Source of the DNA: Octopus vulgaris
Taxonomy: Eukaryota
Length of the DNA: 64,000 nucleotides
Assembly (NCBI GenBank): GCA_951406725.2
Contig: OX597828.1
Coordinates: 78,182,001-78,246,000, forward strand
Direction of reading: 5' to 3'
Notes under the pieces: model-generated
The model's input: the letters and a program-made list of their open reading frames with translations, nothing else
Database searches by the model: none
Told to the model about the DNA's origin: nothing
In this document: in pieces, positions 43,720 through 57,729 of the stretch
Numbering within the stretch: the stretch's first letter is position 1
How the letters are laid out: the number at the start of each line of letters is the position of its first letter
Made by a program: the position numbers and the translations under genes

Positions 43720-44935
43720 TGTAATTATATTATCACCAGGAAGCAAGACCATTGGGATGTTTGCACTGCTTGAGTCATGTGGGATGCATCATGTGGGATG
43801 GACCAGGATCTCATATGTGGCACAAAACGCTGCATCATGCATAAAATATAATCTGGGTACTGTGGATGGGGGAGAAATAAAAGTCCCTCAACATATTGGT
43901 GTGTTGAAATTAAAGACCTCTAATGTACATGAAGAGTGAAAAATCTATTAAGCAGAATTAAACAGATCTTGAAGTTAAAGACTGAATTTTAAAATGTTGG
44001 TGTTGAGGTTCTTGGTCTCAGAAAAGTAATCATCAGAATTGGTTTGATGAAAATAATCTGCAGATCATTAAACTTTTCCAAGACAAAAACATACTGCACC
44101 AGAAATATCTTTGTGCATCAGATAAAGAACAAAAATACTTACTGTAGTTTCTCTAAGCGATAAAATTGTCACTCCAGTAGAAAATGACAAATTAAAAACT
44201 GGTAGTGTTTGGATATTTCCAAAAAAAATTCAGAAAGTTTATAACAGCAAAGACTCAAAACATATTACTTAACTAGACAAACCTCTAGTCCTCAATCTTT
44301 TTTTGTGGTATCACTCAAGTGAACGGACAGTTTGTTTCTCTCCAAGGATCATAAAGGTATCGTGAAACATTGGACTGAGCACTTTACAGACCTTTTTTAC
44401 AATCTCAGTTATTGATGAAAATGTCGATCTGCCTTAAAGGGAATAGTATCCTTGAATGATGGACCATCCCACTGTAGATGGGATAAGAAAAAATGATTAA
44501 AGCAATTAATTCTGATAAGGCATGGGTCTTCACATTGAAGATCTTCTGCCTGGGGTGACAAGCTTGCTATAGAGCTCCACCCTCTAATAATATCAGATGT
44601 CTGGTCAGGTGTTCCTGTCCTCCAGGACAGGCTTGATGCTTTTCAATTTCATTGTTCAAAGAAAAGGGATTTAAATTTGTGTGTGGAAATTATAGAGAAA
44701 TAAGTCTGGCTTCAAGCAGTTGATAAGGTTTTTGCAAAACTTTTACATAATCACCTAATAAAGTGGATATGGTCCTCTGTTATCTCAGAAAGTTAGTGAG
44801 GTTTTATAGCAGCTCATGGTACAATGGACGTAATATTTACTGCTCATCAACTCCAAGAAAATTCATCAAACATCACATTGCTCTTTAACAAGGCTTTATT
44901 CATTAAATAAAAGCATTTGACACTGTTTATAGGAC
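43720..44935 (+). mobile_element. Old RTE (BovB-like) LINE remnant
   Basis: Degenerate CGNYREISL, GTMDVIFTAHQLQE, KAFDTV motifs with many frameshifts and stops. Confidence 0.7.
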
Positions 44936-45561
44936 CACTCCTGGCAGAATTTTTTCTCATCTGAGAAAAACCAAAGCATGTTCGGTTGGAAGGGATGCTT
45001 GAGTTTGTTCAGAAGCTTTGTACTGTGGTCTTTCTTCTTGTCCTTGATGGCTTGGGATAAAAATTGGCCCTTTCTCATCTTGTATGAAGAATACTGAATG
45101 TCTTCATGCACCTCTTCTGCCTGATAAGAGACTCAGACACTCCCATGTCCTTGGTGATGGACCTGATTGACTTGCAGGGATTATTGTCAATCATGACTTG
45201 GATCTCACCAAGAAATTCAGGAGTTTTTTCCTTATCAGAACAATCAAAGTGAGCTGCCATACCTTTGTAATCACCATTAGACTCATCCTACTCTTTCCGA
45301 ATCCTCTGCACTGCTCTCAGATTGACAGCAGCCAAACACTCTGTAATGTTTGTATTGGAGCTTCTGGCACAAATGCCAAGTAGTACAGCATGTCGTTTCC
45401 AAATTTCTGGCAGAGTGAATTGCGTCATGGTGCTGTTTTTCTTACAGACGGTGCCCAACGGACCCTACTATACTGTGTAGTCAACAACATCAAAAACAAA
45501 CAAGGCCCGTGCGCGAAATTAAAAATATAAAGTGGCAACAATTTACCCATTGCACCTTGTA
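44936..45561 (-). mobile_element. Mariner-like transposon 5' half
   Basis: KSIRSITKDMGVSESLIRQ and HEDIQYSSYKMRKGQFLS...WFFSDEKKFCQ; terminus TA|CAAGGTGCAATGGG. Confidence 0.8.
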
Positions 45562-45614
45562 CACACACACATACACGTATCTATATAGTGTGTGTGTGTA
45601 TTTATATATGTTTT

Positions 45615-45761
45615 GGAAGTTAATTGTTAAGGTCAGTCAGAGAGTGACCATTGATTTTGTACCTGTAAAGCACTTAGCCGTATAGGCGACTCATCAGACT
45701 CTAATGGTCGGAGGTGAGAAACGAATGGTCACTCTCTGACCAGCCATAACAATTAACTTCC
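45615..45761. repeat. Fold-back inverted repeat, possibly Penelope-derived
   Basis: Arms 45615-45652 and 45724-45761; CTGATGA on the minus strand in the spacer. Confidence 0.7.
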
Positions 45762-46444
45762 TAAATAAAATATATTACTGCTCTCATGTTTTAAAGTATA
45801 CCTCGTTTTCGGATATATGAATGATGATGATGATGATGATGGTGTGTGTGCGTATAGATAGATAGAAAGATTTCTACCCATTCGTCCAAACCGAGTGTGC
45901 TTAAGGTAAAACAGCATCAGGGAACATTCTACCTGTTAAATTACTCGGGGCCTCAGACATGAGAGGACGTTTAAAATTTAATTACGAAAAGCAAGGGAGG
46001 TAACTCCACCAATATTTGTCGATGTTTTTTTTTCTTGTTTTGAAAACCAAATTTATATTTGCTGTATGCCCAAGATAGTGTTCACCTTCAAATGTCACGA
46101 ATGAGATCATAATTTAATAAACATATCTCCATCCTCGTACCCAACACCGCCACAAATTTCGACTTGCAGCATTTCATAAGTGTTAGTGTCTATGGGAGGC
46201 TGTTTCTTGTTGTTTAGTCCCATTTCAATCCTGATTGAACAGATTTTTCATTAAAGACATTCGTTTGTCTTTGACTTTTCTATCCATTTTTGTTTTGTTT
46301 TTGGTTTTTTATCTGGTGTATATCTTTTATTGTTAATAATGTTGTTATTCAGGTATAGATTAGCTCTGATTGAGCGAAACTATTAAGTCATTTCAGCCAC
46401 AACAACTCTGTCTTTTTCCTTCTAATATACACATCATCATCATC

Positions 46445-46855
46445 ATCATTTAATGTCCATTCTTCCATCATGCATGGGTTGGACGGAATTTGTTGTGACA
46501 GATTTTCTCTGGCTGGATGCCCTTCCTGTCACCCACTTGTGTCCAAGTGCAGTAAGATTTCCCCATGACCAGACACGTCTTGGTAGACTGAAAATGAAGG
46601 ACATCATTTGCATGGTGGTGACACTTACTTACAACTGTCATGCGTTGTCAAGGCAAGTAACATACACACACAAACACTTATATACATACATTACATGCTT
46701 CTTTCAGTTTTCCTCTACCAAATCCACTCAAAAGGCTTTGGTTGGCCTTGGGCTATAATAGAAGTGTCATGCTCAAGATACCAGAGAGGAGGGCTGAACC
46801 CAAAACCATGTGGTTGGAAAGCAGACTTCTTACCTCACAACTGCGCTTGTGCCTA
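46445..46855 (-). mobile_element. SINE family A, RTE-type tail
   Basis: Family A head at the right; GGGCATCCAGC...CCAACCCATGCA...GGACATTAAATGATGATG tail on the minus strand. Confidence 0.7.
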
Positions 46856-46909
46856 TAAGGATCTGGACTACTACCACCACCACCACTACTACTAATAATA
46901 ATAATAATC

Positions 46910-47350
46910 ATTTCTACTATAGGCACAAGGCCTGAAATTTGTCGGGAGGGGCATAGTCGATCACATCAGCCCCAGTAATTGACTGGTACTTAATTTATTG
47001 ACCCTGAAAGGATGAAAGGCAAAGTTGACCTCGGCTGAATTTGAACTCAGAATGTAAAGATGGATGAAATGCTGCCAAGCATTTTGCCTGGCATGCTAAC
47101 GATTCTGCCAGCTTGCCCCCTTAATAATAATAATAATAATAATAATGATAATAATTTTCTACTATAGGCACAAGGCCTGAAATTTTGGGGAGGGAGCTTG
47201 ATTATATCAACTCCAGTGCGTAACTGGTACTTATTTCATCAGCAATAATAATAATAATATTAATCCTTTTTATCAGAAGCACAAGGCCTTAAATTTTGGA
47301 GGAAGGGATTAAGTCAATTACATTGGCCCCCAGTACATTACTGGTACTAC
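46910..47350 (-). mobile_element. Cluster of SINE family B copies separated by (AAT)n
   Basis: CTGGTACTTAATTTATTGACCCTGAAAGGATGAAAGGC core (MetaSINE-like domain). Confidence 0.75.
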
Positions 47351-47442
47351 TACTACTAATAATAAAGAACTATAAATATGCATACATATAAGTATACATA
47401 CATGTATTTTTCTGTCTATAATTTCTGTTTCCTTAATTTTAG

Positions 47443-47601
<159 letters not shown>

Positions 47602-47995
47602 TAATCATCTGGAAATGTTTGTATGCTTTCAAGGTTCTGATGCCATTGTGGTTAGGCAGCAACACTATCCTCTGGCTGTCTTTGGGACTTTCTATGTCTA
47701 AGCGTACAAATATCTTGGGAAAGTCAATAGGCCTGACTGTGTGAGGCCAGGAGAGGACAACTGTGAGGTTGATGATTATGAAATGTGATAGGTCAGGAAA
47801 AATATTTTAATAGGGACCAAAAGATTGTCATTTAGAGCAGGACTCCCAAACTACCAGACCAGAGACCAGTACCAGGCTGCACAGAAAGAATTACTTTTAA
47901 AATTTTATTTCTATTTTATTGACTGTTGTAGTGTCCTGAGAGTTTTTGCCTTATGTATATTATATATGCATTAAGTATGTATTAGATATGTAATG

Positions 47996-48355
47996 TGGAG
48001 GCAAAATGGCCCAGTGGTTAGGGTAGTGGACTCACAGTTGTAGGATCACGGTTTTGATTCCCAGATTGGGTGTTGTGAAAACGCCTAAAGCTCCATGAGG
48101 CTTCAACAGGGGGTGGCAGAGAACCCTGCTGTACTCTTTCATCACAGCTTTCTCTCTTTATTCCAGTTTCTGTTGTACTTGTATTTCAAAGGGGCCATCC
48201 TTGTCACAATCTGTGTCATACTGAATCTCCCCAAGGACTACGTTAAGGGTACACATGTCTGTGGAGTGCTCAGCCTCTTGCATGTTAATTTCACAAGCTG
48301 GCTGTTCCATTGACTGGATCAACTGGAACCCTCGACGTAACCGATGGAGTGCCAT
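47996..48355 (+). mobile_element. SINE family C
   Basis: TGGCCCAGTGGTTAGGGTAGTGGACTC...GATTCCCAG head; similar to 7087-7390. Confidence 0.7.
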
Positions 48356-49238
48356 GTCGTATATGTAATAATTAAATTGTATGTTGTACACTTTATAGCA
48401 TTTTGTTATGTGCTTGATACCTTGTGCTCTGGAGAAATTGTCTTGCACAAAACTGGTTCTTTGTGTAAAAATGGTTTAAGACTGCTGATCGAGAGGGCAA
48501 TGCTTGACCTTAATGATTGCCCTTTCAAAGGGAATCAAAACTTTTAGCCATCAAGAGAATGTTATTGCAAAATGCTCATAGAACAACACAAGATCTAGTT
48601 AACAGTCCTTTTGAAAAAAAGGGAAGTATAAAGGGTCATCTGTAACTTATGGCATTCATCATATCCTGTCAAAAGTAATGCTTCTTTATTCAGATTGCTT
48701 TGAATTAATCTTGGGTGCTCCAGCATGGTCTCAGTCTAATGACTGAAACAAGTAAAAGTTCAAAGGTATCTTGTAGCTTTGAGATTTTGGTGAGGTAACT
48801 GTTAATTTTTAGAATTATATTGTAGGGTTGGTGTGAGAGGACAGATCTGACCAGTTTGAGCATAAAACGGTTAGAATATTTTGGCCGGATGTGGCTGGTT
48901 TAAATGCTAAATGGTTAAAGCAAATTGATTAACTGCTTTTAGAAGTTTTCTCAATACATGTTGCTGTTGTCCGGATCAGCTCTGGTCATATGGACTTATC
49001 ATTTTTTTCTTCAGGCATAGATCTTACTTGGACTGCATTATTTAATACTTATCTTCATCTTTACAATAATTTCAAGGAAAATGGGCTGTTATTTCTTGTC
49101 TTGTACATTGAGCTATTTTTTAGTGTTTCCTCCAAAAGTTTCTCTTTGAAGTAAAACCAAGACATTATAACAGTTTGTTTTTGATGTGAACCTTGACCTT
49201 CTCTTTTGAACCCTTTTTTTGTTTTTGTTTTTTTCTGA

Positions 49239-49505
<267 letters not shown>

Positions 49506-49790
49506 TAGCTCAGTGGTTAGAGCATTGGGATCACACTCATGAGGTAGTTAGTTCAATTCCTGGACTGGGCTGAGTGTCGTGTTTTTGAGCAGGACATTTT
49601 ATTTCACGTTGCTCCAGTTCACTCAGCTGTAGTAATGAGTCCACTGGTGTCAAGCTGTTCGATCCCTTTGCCTTTCACTTGGGTAACATCGGTGGTCAAA
49701 CATTGCCCTCTGGATCATAAACAACCCTTTCCCAGACTTGTGCCTCGGAGGGGAAGTTTCTAGGTGCAATCCCATGGTCATTCATGACTG

Positions 49791-49962
49791 AATCAACCAC
49801 TACACTCATGGAGTGGTTGGTGTTAGGAAGGGCATCCAGCTGTAGAGACATTACCAGATCAGACTGGGCCTGGTGCAGCCTTCTGGCTTCCCAGACCCCA
49901 GTTGAACCGTCCAGCCCATGCTAGCATGGAAAGTGGATGCTAAACGATGATGATGATGATGA
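49791..49962 (+). mobile_element. RTE 3' tail (inverted terminal segment of copy 4)
   Basis: CCACTACACTC...AGCATGGAAAGTGGATGCTAAAC(GAT)n. Confidence 0.8.
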
Positions 49963-49992
49963 TATACATATATGTAGGTGGTGCAAGCAGGG

Positions 49993-50092
49993 AATTGGTG
50001 CAGAAAAAGTTGTGTGAATGAGGAGTTTGAGATACGAGGTCTTCACCTTGTATCTCAAACTCCTCATTCACACAACTTTTTCTGCACCAATT
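49993..50092. repeat. 48-bp near-perfect palindrome with a 4-nt loop
   Basis: Arms 49993-50040 and 50045-50092, one G:T pair, loop CTTC. Confidence 0.93.
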
Positions 50093-50101
50093 TGATCTGC
50101 A

Positions 50102-51778
50102 CCAGTCTGATCTGGTAATGTCTCTACAGCTGGATGCCCTTCCTAACACCAACCACTCCGTGAGTGTAGTGGTTGATTTTTACGTGCCACCGACACAGGT
50201 GCCAGACGAGGCTAGCAAACGGCCACAATCAGATGGTGCTTTTTACGTGCCACTGGCACGGAGGCCAGGCGAGGCTGGCAACGGCCACAATCGGATGGTG
50301 CTTTTTACGTGCCACCAGCATGGAGGCCAGTCAGTGCGGCGCTGGCAGCAGCCACGTTTCGGATGGTTCTCTTACCTGCCCCCGGCACTGGTATCACAGC
50401 TACAATTTCCGTTGATGTTGATCGATTTCGATTTTGATTCTGATTCTCACTTGCCTCAACAGGTCTTCACAAGTAGAGTTTTGTGTCCCAAGAAGGAAAG
50501 GTATGCATAAGTGGACTGGCTACATCCCAGGTAGAGGCCACGGGTTATGGTCTCACTTGTCCTGTCGGGTCTTCTCACGCACAGCATACTTCCATAGGTC
50601 TCAGTCTCTAGTCATTTCCTCAGTGAGACCTAAAGTTCGAAGGTTGTGCTTCACCACCTCGTCCCAGGTTTTCCTAGGTCTACCTCTTCCACAGGATCCC
50701 TCAACCGCTAGGGTGTGGCACTTTTTCACACAACTATCTTCATCCATTCTTGCCATATGACCATACCAGCGCAAACGTCTCTCTTGCACACCACATCTGA
50801 TGCTTCTTAGGTCCAACTTTTCTCTCAAGGTACTTACACTCTGTCGAGTATGAACACTGACATTACACATCCATCGAAGCATACTGGCTTCATTTCTTGC
50901 GAGCTTACGCATATCCTCAGCAGTCACGGCCCATGTGTCACTGCCATGTAGCATGGCTGTTCGTACACATGCATCATACAGTCTACCTTTTACTCTGAGC
51001 GAGAGGCCTTTTGTCACCAGCAAAGGTAGGAGCTCTCTGAACTTTGCCCAAGCTATTCTTACTCTTCCAGTTACATTTTCAGCACACCCGCCCCCGGGTC
51101 ACCTAGGTAACGGAAGCTATCAACTATTTCTAGTCCCTGGGATGTGGCGGAGGTTGGTCTCTGCGCATTTTCAGTGTTTATTGCTCCTGAGCATCTGCCA
51201 CATACAAAAGCTATTTTCCTAGTTAGCCTTCCCTTGACGTTGCTGCACCTCTTATGTGTCCATAGCTTACACTTGTTGCATCTTATAGAGTTTCTACCTA
51301 CGCCTTTTCTACTGATCAAGCGGGGCCATCTACCTGAAGGCGTTTGTGATTTATCAACCTTCCTACTTATTAGGACTTTGGTTTTAGCTAGGTTGACTCT
51401 AAGGCCCTTCGATTCTAATCCTTGCTTCCACACCTGAAACTTCTCCTCCAGTTCTGATAGTGACTCAGCAATTAGAGCAAGGTCATCAGCATAGAGGAGC
51501 TCCCAGGGGCATCCTGTCTTGAATTCTTCCGTTATTGCCTGGAGGACTATGATAAATAGGAGAGGGCTGAGGACTGAACTTTGGTGGACCCCTACCTCTA
51601 CCCGGAATTCTTCACTGTACTCATTGCCAACCCTCACCTTACTAGCAGCGTCCCTGTAAATGGCTCGCACAGCTCTCACTAACCATTCATCTATCCCTAG
51701 TTTCCTCATTGACCACCAGATAAGGGATCGGGGACCCTGTCAAAGGCTTTCTCCATGTCAACAAAAACCAGGTACAGC
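50102..51778 (-). mobile_element. RTE-clade LINE copy 4 (RT core to 3' UTR)
   Basis: [46 protein letters not shown]; frameshifted. Confidence 0.93.
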
Positions 51779-52197
51779 ACATGAAACTAATATTAAAACA
51801 TAAAAACATGTATTGTGTTTATTAAAAGAAAAATATGTATATGCAGGTATGCTCACATACATCTATATAAACAGATTAACACATATGTTCATATATACAC
51901 CCACACATACACACATTATGATCTTCAAAGGGTAGAAACTGGAGTATTTCCAATGCAGTACTGCACCTGAGCTTGAGGCTATTCTATACTCGTTGGTTGC
52001 TACTAGTATAAGAGACATACACCACTTGGCAGATGGTCAATGTATGAGTGCACCATCTGATGAAATGCCATTTTGATGTTTAAAACTGCAAATATGGAAG
52101 GTTTCATGTGTAGTGGTATTAAAAACAGGAGTGGTACCAAAACAATTGGAATTGGTCATTAAAAAAGGTTCCAAACTCTTTCGCTGTCTTCTTATTT

Positions 52198-52267
<70 letters not shown>

Positions 52268-52629
52268 GAGCTATATACGCATATTCAATACATGCCTATA
52301 CACATTCATATACATGAATATAAACACTTAAATATAAAAGTGTGTGTATCCTTATCATCATCATCGTTTAACGTCTGCTTTCCATATTGGCATGGGTTGG
52401 ACGGATGACTGAGGACACACACACATTTATGCATATACATATCTATCAACATGTATATATACACTAAGTATATATACACTAAGTATATATACATGTAAAC
52501 ATTCACACAAACATGCACACACACACATACATACACACAAACATACACACACATATATATACACATTTATTTGTACATTATATTCTAGCTGTCTCATCTG
52601 CGGTTAAATACACCCACCCATATCGAAGA

Positions 52630-53112
52630 ATTAAATTTATTACAGGCAAGCCAAGTGAAATCGTAGTTGTGGCCATTGCTGATGTTGCGTACCTGGCATT
52701 TGTGCTGGCTGCACATAAAAAGCACCCATTCCATTCGAGTGTTGGAACTCCCGGAGGCAAAGTGGCTGATGCCGGTGGCACACGAAAAGCACCTTTTGAG
52801 TGTTGGGTCACAAGGAGGCAATGACGAAAGACCGAGACTATTGGCATTATGCTGTGCTCGAGAAGACCCACAAAGCCAAGTAAAACCCTAGTTGTCATTC
52901 CAGATACTTGTGCCACGCAAATGGCACCTGTGCTGGTGGCACATAAAAGCACCAATTACACTCTCAGAGTGGTTGGCATTTAGGAAGGGTATTCAGCTGT
53001 AGAAACCATGGCAAATCGGACTGGAGTCTAGTGCAACCTTCCATCTTGCCAGCCCTGCTGAAACTGTCCAACCCATGCCAGCATGGACAACGGAGGTTAA
53101 ATGATGATGATA
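52630..53112 (+). mobile_element. RTE-type 3' UTR and tail fragment
   Basis: GGTGGCACATAAAAGCACC modules and CCAACCCATGCCAGCATGG...TTAAATGATGATGA tail. Confidence 0.7.
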
Positions 53113-54019
53113 AAAGGTATGATCTAGCTTCTCTGTGACACATCATCATTTAATGTCCATTTCCCATGCTGGCATCAGTTGGATGGTTTGATAGGAGCCA
53201 ACCCGCTGGGGAGCTCCCCAAGTTCCAGTTGTCTGTTTTGGTACGGTTTCTTTAGCTGGATGCCCTCCCTAATGCTAACCACCTCACATTGTGTACTGGG
53301 TGCTGCTTTTACATGTCACTGAAGTGGGCGCTTGTACATGACACTGGCATGGATGCTTTTACGTGGCACCAGTACCAACACTCTTACATGACATTGGCAT
53401 GAGTATTTCTATGTGGCACCGGTACAAGTTCTTTTTACGTGACACCAACATCTGTGGGCCCTCAACGAAGGATCTCTTGGCTGAGAGAGAAAGACATAGA
53501 GGACATATCTGTTTGTATGGACAACCACAGCTTTACTTAGCCCAGTGTGTCTTCTCAAGTACAGCAAACTACCAGAAGTCTCAGTCTGTCTCTTGTTGTC
53601 TCATCTGTGAGGCCCAACGTCTGAAGATCTTTTTTCTCATGCAGCATCACTTGATATACTCTTTTCAGTCATTTTACTGTGGCCATGCTGGAGCACCACA
53701 TTTAGTTGAACAAATTGGCCCCAGGACTTATTCTTTGTAAGCCTTGTGCTTATATTATTGGTCTCAGAACTGCTAAGTTACAGGGACATAAACACACCAT
53801 CATCGGTTGTCAAGCGATGGTGGGGGACAAGCACAGACACACACACACACACACACACAGCAGGTTTCTTTCAGTCAAGATGGCCTTGGGCAATGACTCA
53901 TGACTCATCAAATGTCCATTTCTCTGCACTAAAGCCATATTAAACCAATTTGCTGAGTAAAGTAGAATTTGCTCAATTCTAAAATATCTTTGCATTCTCT
54001 CTGCTGTATTTGTTTGGTC

Positions 54020-54320
54020 CTCCTCTTCCTTCTCCACAAATTCCTCCTCTTTCTCTTCTTCCTCCTTTTCCTCCACAAACTCCCCCTCTTCCTGTTCCTC
54101 CTCCTCCACCTCTTCCTCTTCTTCCCCTCCACAGACTCCCCTCTCTTCCTCTTCTTCCCCGCCACAAACTCCTCCTCTTCCTATTCCTCCACCACAAACC
54201 CCCTTCTTCCTCTTCCTCTTCTTTCTATTCCATAAACATCTCTTCCTCCACAAACTCCTTTTTCTCCTGCAGCTCCTCCTCCTTCTCCTCTAGCACTACT
54301 TCCTCCTCCTCCTCCCCTCA
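54020..54320. repeat. (CCT/CTT)n polypyrimidine repeat with TCCACAAAC subunits
   Basis: Seen directly. Confidence 0.85.
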
Positions 54321-54592
54321 CCTTTTCTTGTTCTATATCTTTTGTTTGATGTTTTTTTTTCTTTCTTCTTTGTTCCTTGTTTTCTGTTTCTGCTTCTTTC
54401 TTCCTTCCTTTCAATCAATAGGACAATTGCAAGGTGGAGATGCCTCCCACCACATGTCTCCTCCTCCTCCTACCAACCAACCAACATCAGTTTATTTCAG
54501 TTGACCTTTTCTCTGAAATGTATAATTTAACACACCTGCTCCTACTGAGGAGATACATGTGTCTAAGTATATATATATACATATATATATTT

Positions 54593-54663
<71 letters not shown>

Positions 54664-54846
54664 TACACACACATACATATATATATATATATACACACAT
54701 AGATATGCACGTACATATATATATACATATGCACACACATGTATATACACACACACACACACATATATATGCTTGTGTGTGTGTATATATGTACTTGTAT
54801 GTATATCATCATCATCCTTTAATGACGATGATGATATACATACAAT

Positions 54847-54891
<45 letters not shown>

Positions 54892-55327
54892 GTGCATATA
54901 TATGTTTGTACACATACACACTCATATAGATGTGTACATATATATACATGTGTGTGTGTGTGTGAGAGGATGAATTACTTGATGATGTCAGCTGTTACCT
55001 CATCAACATTATTGTTATTGCAGCTGCTGGTAATATCATGATGTTGCCCAGCTATGGTCAGTGAGAAAGTGCAGTTACTGCAGCCGATTCTCTCTCTCCT
55101 TCTTTCTTTCTTTCCCTCTCCCTCCCTCCTCCATCCCCCCCTCCTCCTCACCACCACAGTAACACTTTATTTAAACTTACTGCCAGCATTGAAATCTAAC
55201 TCTGTTGAATAGCTGCAAGAATAATTATCCAACAGGCTGAGAGAAAGAGAGAGATGTATGCAGTTGTGTGTGTGTGTGGCGAGAGAAAAATATTGAGAGA
55301 ATAATGGAAAATGAGAGGCAGAGAAAT

Positions 55328-56172
55328 AACTGAATCTCTCTTCTTTTAGGTGCAAGCATGGCTGTGTGGTTAAGAAGCTTGCTTTGAAACCATGAGGTTT
55401 CAGGTTCCATCCCATTGCGTGGAACCTTGGTCAAGTGACTTCAACCTCAGCCCCTGGCTGACCAGTGCCTTGTGAGTGAATTTGGTTGAGAGAAACTGTG
55501 AGGAAACCCATGTGTGTGTGTGTCTTTGCATTTGCTCCCACACTGCTTAACGACTGATATCGGTTTGTTTATGTCACCCATAACTTTGCAGTTTGGCAAA
55601 AGGGATTGAAAGATTATCCTGTCATTGTGTGGCACCTTGGGCAAGTGACTTCTATCACAGCCCCTGGCTGACCAGTGTCTTGTGAGTGAATTTGGTTGAG
55701 AGAAACTGTGAGGCGGTGAGCTGGCAGAAATGTTAGCATACCGGGCGAAATGCTTAACGGTATTTCGTCTGTCTTTATGTTCAGAGTTCAAATTTCACCG
55801 TGGTCGACTATACCTTTCATCCTTTCGGGGTCGATAAATTAAGTACCAGTTATTCACTGGGGTCGATGTAATCGACTTAATCCCTTTGTCTGTCCTTGTT
55901 TGTCCCCTCTGTGTTTAGCCCCTTGTGGGCAATAAAAAAATAAGAAACTGTGAGAAAACCCATTGTGTATGTGTGTGTGTGTCTTTGTGTTTGCTCCCAC
56001 TCTGCTTTACAATTGATATCAGTTTGTTTACATCACCCATAAATTAGCAGTTAGACGAAAGGGATTAATAGATTAAGAACCAGGCATCAAAAATAAGTCC
56101 CAGGGGACTATTCGTTTGGCTAAAACCCTTTAAGGCAGTGCTCCAGTTTGGCTGCAGTCCCAGTAACTGAAA
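55328..56172 (+). mobile_element. Partially duplicated SINE family A containing a nested family B SINE
   Basis: Core repeated at about 55417 and 55626; CR1-type tail at about 56131-56172. Confidence 0.75.
55712..55942 (+). mobile_element. SINE family B (MetaSINE-like), full length with TSD
   Basis: GGCGGTGAGCTGGCAGAAATG head, GAGTTCAAAT B-box, CCTTTCATCCTTTCGGGGTCGATAAATTAAGTACCAG core; AGAAACTGTGA on both sides. Confidence 0.88.
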
Positions 56173-56811
56173 GAAGAAGCTGTGTGAGGATGGGTGAACA
56201 ACAGTGCCTCTTTGCTTATGAATTACGTCAAAGAATGAGCAAAGAGGAGAATGATAGACCATATTCTCCTGCATACATGTTGAGTTAGTATATAACCATT
56301 CAATCTTCATCCCCATCTTTCCTAATCCTGCTGAATTTCTCTTGGAATATTTGGTTTTCCAAAGTTGTCTTGGTGTATAAGTCAACCTACCTTTTCTTTT
56401 TTTTTGGTTGTAAATTTTGATCTGAAATTGTTTGCTGGAAAATACAGTATCTCATATATATAGTTTTTCTTTCTTCCCCACTTCTATATTCTCTCAAAGA
56501 TGGAAGAAACCATGACTAATGTTTGGCGTGATGTGTGCTTTATTCAGTAGGGGTGGAGTATATGGGGAATATGTACCCGGTCTTTAAGACCGAGGATGAA
56601 GTGAGGTGACAAGTGGAGTTAGCACACCACTTACATAACCACAAGCTGGTATGACAATATAAGAGGGAGAAATGAAAGGATCAAGGCCAGCGATGCTGGT
56701 CATGGCATTGACCTTATAACTTGTCAGTTCCTTTGTAGTAAAATATAGGAATGTAAGGAGTACAGGAATGGCATGAAATAGGGTTAAATAGGTTCTGTTT
56801 GAACCTATAAA

Positions 56812-57007
56812 TTCTTATTTCTTTATTGCCCTGAAGGGGCTAAACATAGAGGGGACAAACAAGGACAGACAAAGGGATTAAGTTGATTACATCGACCCTG
56901 AAAGATGAAAGGCAAAGTTGACGGAATTTGAACTCAGAATGTAAAGGCAGATGAAATGCTGCTGTGCATTTCGCCTGGTGTGTTAACGATTCTACTAACT
57001 CGCCACC
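56812..57007 (-). mobile_element. SINE family B
   Basis: Reverse complement of 55712-55942 with an internal deletion. Confidence 0.75.
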
Positions 57008-57492
57008 CATAAATTCTGATGACTACCGCAAAGCTTTTTCGATACTGTGCCCTACCATAGGGTTAGAAAAAAAAAAGTCAATTTTACTGGTGCTACAGAG
57101 TGGCAGGTAACCTTGTTATATGTGCGACCATTTGAGAGACTTTTTTCTGGAGGAGTTGAGAAACACTAACTTGCCTTTTCTTTTCACCTTCTCCTTCTTT
57201 TCGAATAGTATGCACATGATATTATGGTTTCCCATTTTTGGCCAAAGACTAGGATGATGCTTGAAATGTTTACATAACATATTTACACTGTACATGGGGT
57301 TCTCCTGTATGGTTAGATATTTCCTTCCATGTTGTGACTCTTTTTCTCTAGTTAAATCTGCACTCTTCTGGGTCCAGTCCATTGACAGAACTTCTGCACC
57401 TTTTCACCACACTCACACTCCTGGAGACAGAACCCCTCTTTTTGAAATCTATCTTTCACCCATTTTGTCTGCTGGAAAATATGGTGTTATAA

Positions 57493-57684
<192 letters not shown>

Positions 57685-57729
57685 TAGAGTTTCTTTCCTT
57701 CACACCTAACAACATTGCAAAGAGATTGA

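Noticed and set aside
53810-54504. Glu-, Arg- and Pro-rich ORFs
   Set aside because: Simple (CCT/CTT)n repeat
55712-55800. tRNA-like heads as tRNA genes (also 7087, 47996)
   Set aside because: They run into SINE core and tail sequence; no complete cloverleaf
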